From contig CAJXJI010000003.1 of assembly GCA_913054235.1 (NCBI GenBank), positions 1 through 40,971 on the forward strand: 40,971 nucleotides of DNA, written 5' to 3'. Numbering within the stretch: position 1 is the stretch's first letter; each line of letters begins with the position of its first letter. The notes beneath the pieces were generated by a model, which had not been told where the DNA came from, searched no databases, and saw only the letters and a program-made list of their open reading frames with translations. Both the position numbers and the translations under genes were made by a program. The stretch comes from an uncultured bacterium (GTDB lineage: Bacteria > Patescibacteriota > Minisyncoccia > Minisyncoccales > UBA10102). Below, in pieces: positions 27,156 to 36,527 of the stretch.

Positions 27156-27590
27156 ATGCCAAAAGAACAATCAGCTGGAGCTGTTATATTCCGCAGAGAA
27201 GCAAAAGAGCTTTACTACCTATTACTCCACTACCCCACAGAAGCTCGCGTAAAAAAAGAGTATTGGGATTTTCCCAAAGGACATCTTGAAAAAGGTGAAA
27301 CGCAAAAACAAGCTGCAGCAAGAGAGGTTGCAGAAGAAACGGGACTAAAAGATATCATTTTTGTTCCGGGATTTAAAGAAGATATTCAGTATTATTTTCG
27401 AGTAAAAGGAAAGACTATATTTAAAACCGTTGTGTTCTTTCTTGCTCAAACAAAGAAAAAGGAAATAAAGATTTCCTTTGAGCATAAGGGATTTATATGG
27501 CTGCCTTTTGCAGGAGCAATGGAGAAACTTAAGTTTGCCAATGCGAGGAGAATTTTAAGAACTGTGGACCGTTTTTTAAAAGAAAAGTAA
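27156..27590 (+). CDS. NUDIX hydrolase (Ap4A hydrolase-like)
   Basis: SAGAV, WDFPKG, Nudix box G-HLEKGE-x7-REVAEETG, SFEH. Confidence 0.93.
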   Translation: MPKEQSAGAVIFRREAKELYYLLLHYPTEARVKKEYWDFPKGHLEKGETQKQAAAREVAEETGLKDIIFVPGFKEDIQYYFRVKGKTIFKTVVFFLAQTKKKEIKISFEHKGFIWLPFAGAMEKLKFANARRILRTVDRFLKEK

Positions 27591-27615
27591 AAACAAAAGA
27601 AGGGGATAAGCCCTT

Positions 27616-27963
27616 CTATTGTTTCACTTGCTCAACGAGTCTTTGAAATGTTCCAGGATGTTTTTCTCGTAACTCTGCTAGTATTTTTCGGTCCAGAGTA
27701 ATACCTTGTTTTTTTAAGAGAGGGATGAATTTGCTATAGGTTAATCCTTGTTCACGTACTCCAGAAGAAATCTTAATCTCCCAGAGTTTTCGATACTCTC
27801 GTTTTTTAGTCTTTCTGTCAGTAAATGCATGCTCCCAAGCGTGACGGAGAGCATCTTTTGCCAGACGGTACTTTTTGTTTCGCCCAAATCGAAAACCCTT
27901 GGTTTGTTTTAAGACATTCTTTCTCCTTTTGTTTGCAGTGGTTCCTCGTTTTACTCGTGCCAT
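27616..27963 (-). CDS. rplT: 50S ribosomal protein L20
   Basis: MARVKRG, DRK.KKR..R.LW, DRKILA. Confidence 0.98.
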   Translation of the reverse strand: MARVKRGTTANKRRKNVLKQTKGFRFGRNKKYRLAKDALRHAWEHAFTDRKTKKREYRKLWEIKISSGVREQGLTYSKFIPLLKKQGITLDRKILAELREKHPGTFQRLVEQVKQ

Positions 27964-27964
27964 G

Positions 27965-28165
27965 TTAGAAAGTTACCAGTTTTTTTATTTTCTTTGCGTC
28001 AGGAATACTTAAGGTTGTCCATTTTCGCGCCTGACGTCGTTGCTTTCCGGTTTTCTTTGTTCGGTAGTGATCTTGTCCTGCAATACGACGCAAAATCTTT
28101 CCACTCTTGGTGAACTTAAAACGTTTTGTAATAGATTTTCTTGTTTTTGCCTTTTTGGTGGCCAT
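27965..28165 (-). CDS. rpmI: 50S ribosomal protein L35
   Basis: KTRKS..KRFKFT.SGK; located between infC and rplT. Confidence 0.95.
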   Translation of the reverse strand: MATKKAKTRKSITKRFKFTKSGKILRRIAGQDHYRTKKTGKQRRQARKWTTLSIPDAKKIKKLVTF

Positions 28166-28166
28166 G

Positions 28167-28676
28167 TTACTTTTTCGTTATCACCATGGTTAATCCCCGA
28201 GGCTCCAGTTTCATATCGCGTTCTGTTCGAATGGGAATTAAGATAGTGAGTTGTTCTGTAAACTTTAAAATCTTTTCTCTTGCATGATCAAGCAATGCTT
28301 TCTGTCGTCCTCTGAGCCGAAGATTGATTCTGATATTGTCCCCACGCTTTAAAAACTTTTCCGCTTGCTTCACTCTTGTTTCAAGGTCGTGGTCTGAAAT
28401 ATTGAAGCTGAGGCGAATTTCTTTTAAATCTCCCCCTGTATGCTTTTTTGCCTCCCTCTCTTTCTTTCCTTGCGAATAGAGATACTTTCCGTAGTCTGCA
28501 ATTCTTGTTACGGGAGGATCTACTTTTTCAGTTACTTGAATGAGATCAAGACCAGCTGCTTCTGCTCGAGCGAGAGCCTCAGCTAAAGGAACTACGCCTG
28601 CTTGAGTTCCTGTTTCGTCAATTAAACGAACTTCAGTTGCTCGTATTTGTTTGTTTGTGTATATTTGTTTTGCCAA
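28167..28676 (-). CDS. infC: Translation initiation factor IF-3 (non-ATG start)
   Basis: N.QIRA.EVRLID, PPV.RI.DYGKY.Y, KEIR, HD, RGRQ; starts TTG 28676 or in-frame ATT 28682, consistent with known IF3 autoregulation. Confidence 0.96.
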   Translation of the reverse strand: MAKQIYTNKQIRATEVRLIDETGTQAGVVPLAEALARAEAAGLDLIQVTEKVDPPVTRIADYGKYLYSQGKKEREAKKHTGGDLKEIRLSFNISDHDLETRVKQAEKFLKRGDNIRINLRLRGRQKALLDHAREKILKFTEQLTILIPIRTERDMKLEPRGLTMVITKK

Positions 28677-28702
28677 TGTAATTTGTGTAACTCAAAAATA
28701 TG

Positions 28703-29051
28703 TGGAGGTGGAGGGAATGACCCCTCGTCTAGAAGATATCCTATTAATACTTCTTCAGGCATAGCCTCATTCATGCAAGAAGAAGAGTTAAAATGGGGCG
28801 AAATCTCTTTTCTTTTTGATTCTGTTTATGTTGCAGAGTTTCCGAATCCGAAACAATGCCCTTCTCGATAATTGACACCCAGTTCTGCCTATCGAGATCA
28901 GCAGGAGGATGGCTATAGGTTTATGCTACAGCAAGAGCCCTTTGAGGGGCAAAGATGTTGGCATTTATGGTGCCCCAGGTTTTTTTGTGAGTATCCTGGA
29001 ACCTCAGCCTGCATATTAATGTTCTTTCCTCTATCGAAGCAATTCACCCCC
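28703..29051 (-). ncRNA. ssrA: tmRNA
   Basis: 5' GGGGGTGAATTGCTTCGA; acceptor stem GGGGGUG/CACCUCC with G3-U; T-stem GAGGG/CCCUC; tag ORF present; adjacent to smpB; CCA not encoded. Confidence 0.93.
28921..28962 (-). other. tmRNA tag reading frame (A)ANIFAPQRALAVA
   Basis: ATAAAT then resume codon GCC at 28962; hydrophobic/Ala C-terminus; TAA at 28923-28921. Confidence 0.85.
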
Positions 29052-29490
29052 GTTTTAGGGCCCGTTCCATTTCTTGCTGGGCCTCTCTTTTGCGCAGGAG
29101 CTGCCGCTTATCTCCTTTTCTCTTTCCTCTGGCAATGCCAAAGGCAAGCTTAATCTTGGCCTTGCTAGTATACACCTTCAAGGGCACAAAAGTCAATCCT
29201 TCCTGCTTTATCCTTCCATATAGCGAATGGAGCTCCACTTTTTGCAAGAGAAGCTTTCTTGCACGGTCAGGATCATAGTTTAAAGGAGCATTTTTCGGTT
29301 GGTAAGGAGGAATAGTAGCTCCCAGCAAAAAAAGCTCTTTGCCCCTGAAGCTCACAAAGGATCCAGCTAGTTGAATCTTTCCCTGGCGAATTGCTTTTAC
29401 CTCTTGCCCTGTGAGCACCAAACCCGCCTCAATAGTCTCAAGGATTTGATAATCATGGTGTGCTTTTCTGTTTTCAGCTAAAGTTGGCAT
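29044..29490 (-). CDS. smpB: SsrA-binding protein SmpB
   Basis: NRKAHHDY, EAGLVLTGQEVKAIR, RKLLL, GLT.VPL, GK...DKR. Confidence 0.98.
   Translation of the reverse strand: MPTLAENRKAHHDYQILETIEAGLVLTGQEVKAIRQGKIQLAGSFVSFRGKELFLLGATIPPYQPKNAPLNYDPDRARKLLLQKVELHSLYGRIKQEGLTFVPLKVYTSKAKIKLAFGIARGKRKGDKRQLLRKREAQQEMERALKRG
29167..29196 (-). promoter_or_regulatory. Putative internal promoter in smpB driving ssrA
   Basis: TTGACT (29196-29191), 18 nt, TATACT (29172-29167). Confidence 0.45.
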
Positions 29491-29553
29491 ATATGCTATT
29501 CTTTAAAGCATAGATTCATTGTAGAGGAAAATATGCTACATTAAAAATAGATT

Positions 29554-31260
29554 ATGATAGTTGAAAAATTAGAGAAACTTATAAAGAAAGTTCTTACGCA
29601 AGATGTTGAGGTTACCTTTGAGCACCCAGAGAATTTTGAGCATGGAGATTATTCTTCAAATGTTGCTCTGGTCTTGGGACAGCAAACAAAACAGAATCCA
29701 AGAGAGCTTGCAGAAAAGATAGCAGGAAGCATTGAGAAAGTAAAAGAAGTAGAAAGGATTGAGGTTGCTGGGGCCGGATTTTTGAATTTCTTTTTAGCCA
29801 AGGAATATTTAGTAAAGGAAGCACAAAAGATAGTAGAACAAAAAGAAAAGTATGGCTTAGGTGCAGAAAAGAAAAAGGTGATGATAGAGTTTACCGACCC
29901 CAATCCTTTCAAGGAGTTCCATATTGGTCATTTATATAGCAATGCCGCAGGAGAGAGTTTATCCCGGCTTCTTGTGGCAACAGGGGCAGAGGTAAAACGG
30001 GTGAATTACCAAGGGGATGTTGGATTGCATGTTGCAAAGGCGATATGGGGTATGCAAGAAAATCTTAAAGAAGAAGGACTTTCTTTAAAGAAATTGGGGG
30101 AAAAGGATTTATCATTCAGGATGAAGTTTTTAGGGCAGTCATACGCAAAAGGAGACAAAGCATATGTACAGGGAATTGCAAAAGAGGATATTGAGGATTT
30201 GAACATCAAAATTTTTGCTCAGGATAAAGACGTTCAAGAATTCTATGAACTAGGTAGGAAATGGAGTTTGGAGGCGTTTGAGCAAATTTACAAGCGCTTG
30301 GGGACAAAGTTTGACTATTACTACTTTGAAAGTGATGCTGCAAAGATAGGAAAAAAGATTGTAGAGGATGGGGTTAAGAAGGGAGTCTTTGAAAAAAGCC
30401 AAGGAGCAATTATTTTTCCTGGTGAGAAGTATGGTTTGCATACCAGGGTATTTATTAATTCTCAAGGACTCCCTACGTACGAAGCAAAGGATTTGGGATT
30501 GGCTCCCACCAAATACAAGGACTTTCCTTTTGACCTTTCTTTAAGTATTACGGGAAATGAACAAAAAGCCTATTTTCAAGTTGTGTTTGCCGCTTTAAAG
30601 GAAGTAAATTCAAAACTTGGAGAAAAAATGCAGCATATTTCTCATGGCATGGTGCGCTTGCCAGAAGGAAAGATGTCGAGCCGCACAGGAAATATTGTTA
30701 CAGGAGAAGGATTGATTGACGAGGTAAAAAGTAGAGTGCAGGATATTATGAAATCTTCAGAAAATGAAATGTCTGAGGAAGAAAAGGAGATTGCAGTAGA
30801 AATTATTGCGGTAGGCGCAGTAAAATACTCGCTTTTAAGAATAAGTCTTGGGCGAGATATTATCTTTGATTTTGAAAAGTCTTTGAGCTTGGAAGGAGAA
30901 AGTGGTCCGTATATTCAATATACGTATGCAAGATGCAAAAGTATTCTTCGCCAATCCTCTTTAAGTTCCAAAGAGTTTAATGTTGCTGAACTATCTTTTG
31001 AAGAAGAAAAGTTGTTACGATTACTTTATCGATTTCCCGAAGTAGTAAGGAGCGCTGCGCAAAACTTCTCTCCTCATATGGTTGCAAGCTTTGTATTTGA
31101 TATAGCTCAAGCGTATAATAACTTCTATGCCAAAAATCGTGTATTGCAGGCAGATACAAAGGAGCAAAAAGACTTTCGTCTTCTACTTACCGCTGCCACA
31201 GCTCAGATTATTCAAAATTCCTTGAATCTTTTGGGGATTAAGACTCTGGAGCGAATGTAA
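29554..31260 (+). CDS. argS: Arginine--tRNA ligase
   Basis: HGDYSSN, PNP.K.FHIGH, KMSSRTG, GPYIQYTYAR, ERM C-terminus. Confidence 0.97.
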   Translation: MIVEKLEKLIKKVLTQDVEVTFEHPENFEHGDYSSNVALVLGQQTKQNPRELAEKIAGSIEKVKEVERIEVAGAGFLNFFLAKEYLVKEAQKIVEQKEKYGLGAEKKKVMIEFTDPNPFKEFHIGHLYSNAAGESLSRLLVATGAEVKRVNYQGDVGLHVAKAIWGMQENLKEEGLSLKKLGEKDLSFRMKFLGQSYAKGDKAYVQGIAKEDIEDLNIKIFAQDKDVQEFYELGRKWSLEAFEQIYKRLGTKFDYYYFESDAAKIGKKIVEDGVKKGVFEKSQGAIIFPGEKYGLHTRVFINSQGLPTYEAKDLGLAPTKYKDFPFDLSLSITGNEQKAYFQVVFAALKEVNSKLGEKMQHISHGMVRLPEGKMSSRTGNIVTGEGLIDEVKSRVQDIMKSSENEMSEEEKEIAVEIIAVGAVKYSLLRISLGRDIIFDFEKSLSLEGESGPYIQYTYARCKSILRQSSLSSKEFNVAELSFEEEKLLRLLYRFPEVVRSAAQNFSPHMVASFVFDIAQAYNNFYAKNRVLQADTKEQKDFRLLLTAATAQIIQNSLNLLGIKTLERM

Positions 31261-31272
31261 ACCAGGAATACG

Positions 31273-31301
31273 TTGAAAAACGGCTGAAAATATGCTAGTT
31301 T
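31273..31301 (+). promoter_or_regulatory. Promoter for ileS, probably leaderless
   Basis: TTGAAA-17-(TGc)TAGTTT; ATG after a 6-nt gap. Confidence 0.55.
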
Positions 31302-31307
31302 ATCTTA

Positions 31308-34169
31308 ATGGAAACGAACTTTCCCAAGCTAGAAGAGCAGGTTCTTAAGCGTTGGAGACGAGAAAAAACCTTTGAAAAATCTGTAACAAGGAGAAAAAGC
31401 TCTCCTTCTTTTGTGTTCTATGATGGCCCTCCAACTGCAAATGGAGCTCCTGGGTTCCATCATTTACTGGCAAGAGCATTTAAAGATGTTATTCCTCGCT
31501 ACAAAACTATGCGGGGATTTTCGGTTACAAGAAGAGCTGGATGGGATACACATGGTCTTCCTGTGGAGTTGCAGATAGAAAAGAAATTAGGGTTAAACTC
31601 CAAGAAGGACATTGAGAAGTATGGTATTGAAAAGTTTAACAAGCAATGTCGTGATTCTGTATGGGAATTTAAAAAAGCCTGGGAGGATTTAACCTTAAGA
31701 GCAGGGACATGGATAGACATGAAGAATCCCTATATCACCTATGAGACCCCGTACATTGAAACTCTCTGGCATATAGTAAAGATATGGTGGCAAAAAGGTT
31801 TGTTGTACAAAGACTATAAGGTGGTGCCTTTTTGCACAAGATGTGGTACGGCTCTGTCTTCCCATGAGTTAGCTCAAGGATATAAAACCATAAAAGATCT
31901 TTCTGTGTATGTGAAGTTTAAGGTAAAAGAAAAAAAGTTTCCTAACAAAACTTTTTTCCTTGCTTGGACCACTACACCCTGGACCTTGCCTGGTAATGTT
32001 GCCTTGGCAGTGGGCGAGAATATTCCCTATGTTTTAGTAAAAAAAGAAAAGGAGTACTACATTGTAGCAAAAGCTTTAGCTGAAAAAGTACTTGGAGAAT
32101 ATGACGTTGTAAAAACATTTTCTGGCAAAGATCTTATAGGAATTACATATGAGCCTTTGTTTTCGTTTAAAGAACCTGAAAAGGGAAAAAAGATATGGGA
32201 AGTTGTTGGGGCAGACTTTGTTTCTGTGGAGGACGGGACTGGCATTGTGCATACCGCGGTAGCGTACGGAGTAGAAGACTTTGAGCTGGGGAAAAAAGAA
32301 AATCTTGCCATGCTTCACTTAGTGGATGAACACGGAAGGTTTACAAAAGAAGCAAAACCCTATACAGGAAAGCCTGTAAAGGATGCAAATCCCTTAATTG
32401 TAGCTGATTTAAAAAAGAAAGGACTTTTACTTAAAGAAGAATGGTATGAACATGAATATCCTTTTTGCTGGAGGTGCTCTACTCCTTTGTTGTATTACGC
32501 AAGAGAGAGTTGGTTTGTAAATATGCAGAAGATAAAGACAAAGCTTTTGGCAAATAATCGAAAGGTAAACTGGATTCCTCCACATTTAAAAGAAGGAAGA
32601 ATGGGGGAATGGTTAAAGGAAGTAAAAGATTGGGCATTTTCGCGAGAGCGATATTGGGGAACCCCTTTGCCTATTTGGGAGTGTGAAGAGTGCGAAGAAA
32701 AGGAAGTTATAGGCTCGCTTAAAGAACTATTTTCAAAAAAGCTTTCTTCCAATCCGTATAAAGGGAAAAAAGACATTGATCTTCATCGTCCTTTTATAGA
32801 TGAGGTAAAGTTTTCTTGCGCTGTATGTAAGGGAACTATGATACGAGTGAAAGAAGTGATTGATGTTTGGTATGATTCGGGAGCCATGCCTTTTGCTCAG
32901 AATCACTGGATGGGGGAGAAAAAGCCAAAGGAGTTTCCTGCTGACTATATTGTAGAAGCTATAGATCAAACACGAGGCTGGTTCTACACCTTGCTTGCTG
33001 TATCAACGCTTTTGGGATTCGGACCTTCTTTTAAGAATGTTATTTCCCTTGGGCATATTTTAGATGAAAAGGGTGAAAAGATGTCTAAATCCAAAGGGAA
33101 CATTGTTGATCCCTGGGAGATGATTGGAAAATATGGAGTGGACGCTATACGTTGGTATTCATACACTCTAAATCATCCTTGGGATCCAAAACTGTTTGCA
33201 CAGCGAGATCTTCAACAAACATTGCGAAAGTTTATCCTCACTCTTTGGAATTCTCTGGCGTTTTATGAAACATATAGCATAAAGCAAAAGCCAGGATCTT
33301 TGAAAGTTCCCGTAAGTAAGAACGTACTGGATGAATGGATTGTTTCTCGCTTACATACAATTACTTTTGATGCGACAAAGAAGATGGATGAGTACGATAT
33401 TACAGGAGCTGCTCGGACGCTTGAAGCGTTTGTTATTTCAGATCTTTCTTTATGGTATATTCGAAGATCAAGAAATAGATTTCAAAATCCTACAAATAAA
33501 AAGGAACTTCAAGATGCAGTGTTAACGCTTGGGTATGTTCTTACACAGACAAGTTTACTTTGCGCTCCATTCATTCCTTTTGTAAGTGAAGTTGTGTTTG
33601 AGAAAACCAATGGAAAAGGGAGCGTACATTTAAAAGATTGGCCAAAGGCAGAGAAGAAAAGGCAAAAAGCACAACTGGAAAAACAAATGGAGAACGTAAG
33701 AAACATTGTAAGCAAAGCCTTGGCTTTGCGAGCAAAGGAAGGCTTTAAAGTGCGTCAGCCCTTAGCTGCGCTTACCATTAAAGAAAAGCTTCCAAAGGAA
33801 ATCTTGCTGTTGCTTCAAGATGAGTTAAACGTAAAGAAAGTTATTGTACATGCGCAAGCAAAAGAAGATGTAGCACTGGATACTAAGCTTACTCCTCAGC
33901 TAAAAGAAGAAGGGTTGGTGCGAGAGTTATTACGATATATTCAAGGCATGAGGAAAGATGCAAACTATAAGCCACATAATCGTATTTTGCTTCGTTACAC
34001 TGGAGAAGCAAGTCTCAAAAACTTGTTTGTAAATCATAAAGAAACGCTTGTAAAGATTGGGGGAATTGCAGAGCTTCTTGAAGGAGATCGACCAAAACAA
34101 GTGTTTGATGTTGAGAAAGAAGTATCTATAGATGGAAAAAAACTTTGGCTGGGCATTAGAAAAATCTAG
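31308..34169 (+). CDS. ileS: Isoleucine--tRNA ligase, type 2 (archaeal/eukaryote-like)
   Basis: DGPPTANG, GWDTHGLP, WTTTPWTLP, SRERYWG, DQTRGWF, KMSKS, WYIRRSR, EG..RE. Confidence 0.96.
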   Translation: METNFPKLEEQVLKRWRREKTFEKSVTRRKSSPSFVFYDGPPTANGAPGFHHLLARAFKDVIPRYKTMRGFSVTRRAGWDTHGLPVELQIEKKLGLNSKKDIEKYGIEKFNKQCRDSVWEFKKAWEDLTLRAGTWIDMKNPYITYETPYIETLWHIVKIWWQKGLLYKDYKVVPFCTRCGTALSSHELAQGYKTIKDLSVYVKFKVKEKKFPNKTFFLAWTTTPWTLPGNVALAVGENIPYVLVKKEKEYYIVAKALAEKVLGEYDVVKTFSGKDLIGITYEPLFSFKEPEKGKKIWEVVGADFVSVEDGTGIVHTAVAYGVEDFELGKKENLAMLHLVDEHGRFTKEAKPYTGKPVKDANPLIVADLKKKGLLLKEEWYEHEYPFCWRCSTPLLYYARESWFVNMQKIKTKLLANNRKVNWIPPHLKEGRMGEWLKEVKDWAFSRERYWGTPLPIWECEECEEKEVIGSLKELFSKKLSSNPYKGKKDIDLHRPFIDEVKFSCAVCKGTMIRVKEVIDVWYDSGAMPFAQNHWMGEKKPKEFPADYIVEAIDQTRGWFYTLLAVSTLLGFGPSFKNVISLGHILDEKGEKMSKSKGNIVDPWEMIGKYGVDAIRWYSYTLNHPWDPKLFAQRDLQQTLRKFILTLWNSLAFYETYSIKQKPGSLKVPVSKNVLDEWIVSRLHTITFDATKKMDEYDITGAARTLEAFVISDLSLWYIRRSRNRFQNPTNKKELQDAVLTLGYVLTQTSLLCAPFIPFVSEVVFEKTNGKGSVHLKDWPKAEKKRQKAQLEKQMENVRNIVSKALALRAKEGFKVRQPLAALTIKEKLPKEILLLLQDELNVKKVIVHAQAKEDVALDTKLTPQLKEEGLVRELLRYIQGMRKDANYKPHNRILLRYTGEASLKNLFVNHKETLVKIGGIAELLEGDRPKQVFDVEKEVSIDGKKLWLGIRKI

Positions 34170-34170
34170 T

Positions 34171-34632
34171 ATGGCATTTCATTATAAGACTCAAGGTATT
34201 ATACTAAAGCGACAGGACCAAGGTGAGGCAAATAGAATGTTTAAGGTGTTTTGCAGAGAATATGGGAAAGTTACAATGTTTGCGGTATCAGAGCGAAAGA
34301 TCACCTCAAAATTGCGAGGTGGACTGGAGCTTTTTTCTCTTTCATATTTAGAGTTTATTCAAGGGAAAAACAAAAAACTGCTAGTGGAAGCAATCCCGCT
34401 CAAACAATACCTCGCATCCACACAAGACCTTTCTTGCTTGCATTCGACCTTTAAGATTGCAGAACTTGTTGATCAGTATATGGCAGAGCAAGAAAAGGAC
34501 GAGAAGGTGTGGGATTTATTGGTACATTCTTTGCATGATTTGCAAGAGGGTAGTGCTCCTGAAAAAATATATCAATCATTTGTGCCTGAATTTATGACCT
34601 TAGCAGGATATGGAAAGGAAAGTATTGTATGA
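34171..34632 (+). CDS. recO: DNA repair protein RecO (short form)
   Basis: T.GIILK....GEANR, YGK, RK..SKL.G.LE.F; no C-terminal zinc finger. Confidence 0.88.
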   Translation: MAFHYKTQGIILKRQDQGEANRMFKVFCREYGKVTMFAVSERKITSKLRGGLELFSLSYLEFIQGKNKKLLVEAIPLKQYLASTQDLSCLHSTFKIAELVDQYMAEQEKDEKVWDLLVHSLHDLQEGSAPEKIYQSFVPEFMTLAGYGKESIV

Positions 34633-36293
34633 GAATCTCTAAATTTCAATTAGCCATTATCTTGAGCGCAATTCTTGTAGGAATAGGTGGATTTTGGTTA
34701 TGGCAGAAAAATAGTTATTCAAAAGAAATCTTAAAATTGGAGATTATAGCTCCAAGCGAAGCAACAATGGGAGAGGAAATTACGTATGTTGTGAAATACA
34801 AAAATAATGGAAATGTGCGCTTACAAGATCCTATTTTAATCTTTGAATATCCAGCAGGAGCCGTGCCAACAGAGGGTGAAGATACTAGAATCACACAATC
34901 TCTAGATGATATTTATCCGGGGCAGGAAAGGAACCTTTCTTTTGCTTCTCGTCTCTTTGGCAAGGAAGGAGAGATAAGAGAAGCAAAGGCATTGCTTCAA
35001 TATACTCCAAGAAATCTTAATGCTCAGTTTGAATCTGAAACCATTGTTACCACTGTTATTTCTCATGTTCCTTTGACTTTTGAATTGGATTTACCTTCTC
35101 GCATAGAAGCTGATCAAGAATTTTCATTTGCTTTAAACTATTTTTCCAACTCAGAATATCCTTTATCTGATCTTAGAATTAAAATAGAGTATCCAGGAGG
35201 ATTTTCCTTTAGTAAAGCTACTTCTTCCCCTATTGGTGAATCAGAATGGAATGTAGGTCTTTTAAACAGGGCAGAGGGAGGGCGTATCTTAATTACGGGT
35301 TCCTTGAGGGGAGAGGTTCAGGAGGCGAAGATTTTCAAGGCAACCTTAGGGACTTGGAAAGAAGGGAAGTTTACTTTGCTTCGCGAAGCAATCAAAGGGA
35401 TTGAGATTACAAGAACACGTTTACTAATTTCACAAGAAGTGAATGGTTCCTCAGACTATATCGCCTCATCTGGTGATACTCTTCATTACGTCATCTTCTT
35501 TAAGAATGTTTCTGAAAAAACGCTGGAAAATTTGTTCTTAGTAGTTTCTTTGGAAGGGCGTCCTTTTGATTTGGAAAGTATAAAATCAGATTCTGGAGCT
35601 TTTCAGCAAGGAGACAATTCTATTATCTTTGAGTCAAAAAGTGTTTCAAGGTTAAGGTTCCTTGGAAAAGGTGAGGAAGGAAAGGTAGAGTTTTGGGTGA
35701 ATGTGAAAGAAGAATGGGAGACCTTTAGTGAACAAGACAAGAGCTTTGTTATAACAGACCGTATTATTCTTTCTGATGTGAGCGAGGAATTTGAGGTTAA
35801 GGTAAATTCAAGCATAGAAATTGATCAAACAGTTTACTTTGAAGATGAGGTGTTTGGGAATCAAGGTCCCTTGCCTCCTCAAGTTGGAGCGCCTACAACA
35901 TATACTATTGTGTGGCAGGCAAAGAATTTGTATAACGATGTTCAAAATGCAAAGGTGAAAGCGATTCTTCCAGCTCAAGTAAGTTTAACAGGAAGCGTAT
36001 TTAAAGAAGGAGAGGCCCTAACTTTTGATCAGGCTTCCCGCGAAGTGGTATGGGAAGTAGGAGATTTGTCTGCTGGCACAGGATCGTTTAAAACAGCTCC
36101 TTCTGTAGCTTTTCAAGTACGTCTTACTCCATCTGTGCTGCAGCAGGGAAACATTGCCCAGTTAATAGGAGAGGTGAGAATTCAGGCAGATGATCTATTT
36201 ACTGAGCAATCTTTATCTGCAGTAGATTCTTCAGTTGATACTACACTGCCAGATGATAATTCCGTGACAGCTCAAATGGGGGTTGTACAATAG
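34629..36293 (+). CDS. Membrane-anchored extracellular protein with repeated Ig-like (DUF11-like) beta domains
   Basis: N-terminal TM; repeated G...Y.I.Y.N / W..G.L patterns. Confidence 0.75.
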   Translation: MRISKFQLAIILSAILVGIGGFWLWQKNSYSKEILKLEIIAPSEATMGEEITYVVKYKNNGNVRLQDPILIFEYPAGAVPTEGEDTRITQSLDDIYPGQERNLSFASRLFGKEGEIREAKALLQYTPRNLNAQFESETIVTTVISHVPLTFELDLPSRIEADQEFSFALNYFSNSEYPLSDLRIKIEYPGGFSFSKATSSPIGESEWNVGLLNRAEGGRILITGSLRGEVQEAKIFKATLGTWKEGKFTLLREAIKGIEITRTRLLISQEVNGSSDYIASSGDTLHYVIFFKNVSEKTLENLFLVVSLEGRPFDLESIKSDSGAFQQGDNSIIFESKSVSRLRFLGKGEEGKVEFWVNVKEEWETFSEQDKSFVITDRIILSDVSEEFEVKVNSSIEIDQTVYFEDEVFGNQGPLPPQVGAPTTYTIVWQAKNLYNDVQNAKVKAILPAQVSLTGSVFKEGEALTFDQASREVVWEVGDLSAGTGSFKTAPSVAFQVRLTPSVLQQGNIAQLIGEVRIQADDLFTEQSLSAVDSSVDTTLPDDNSVTAQMGVVQ

Positions 36294-36498
36294 GAGTAAG
36301 TGTGGCATAATAAAGATAGCAATAAAACATGCTTTCAGGAAGTATGAGGCATGAGCTTTTTTACTAATACGCCATGGATGATGGCGTCCTCTCTCTTAAA
36401 AAGTATTCTACCTTCAAAAAAAGGAATAGGTAAATGGTTGCGGCGGAGGAAATGGAATTTGCTCGGACCTTAGAGGCGTCAGTATTATATTGGCGCCT

Positions 36499-36527
36499 TT
36501 GAATTTGAGAGGGAAATTTGCTAAGGT
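36499..36527 (+). promoter_or_regulatory. Promoter for glyQS, probably leaderless
   Basis: TTGAAT-17-(TGc)TAAGGT; ATG 36535 after a 7-nt gap. Confidence 0.55.

Noticed and set aside
28677-28730. Genomic island integrated at the tmRNA 3' end
   Set aside because: infC follows directly; no integrase or duplicated att sequence seen.
28647-29153. + strand ORFs of 74 and 93 aa
   Set aside because: Antisense shadows of tmRNA/smpB with no protein-like features.
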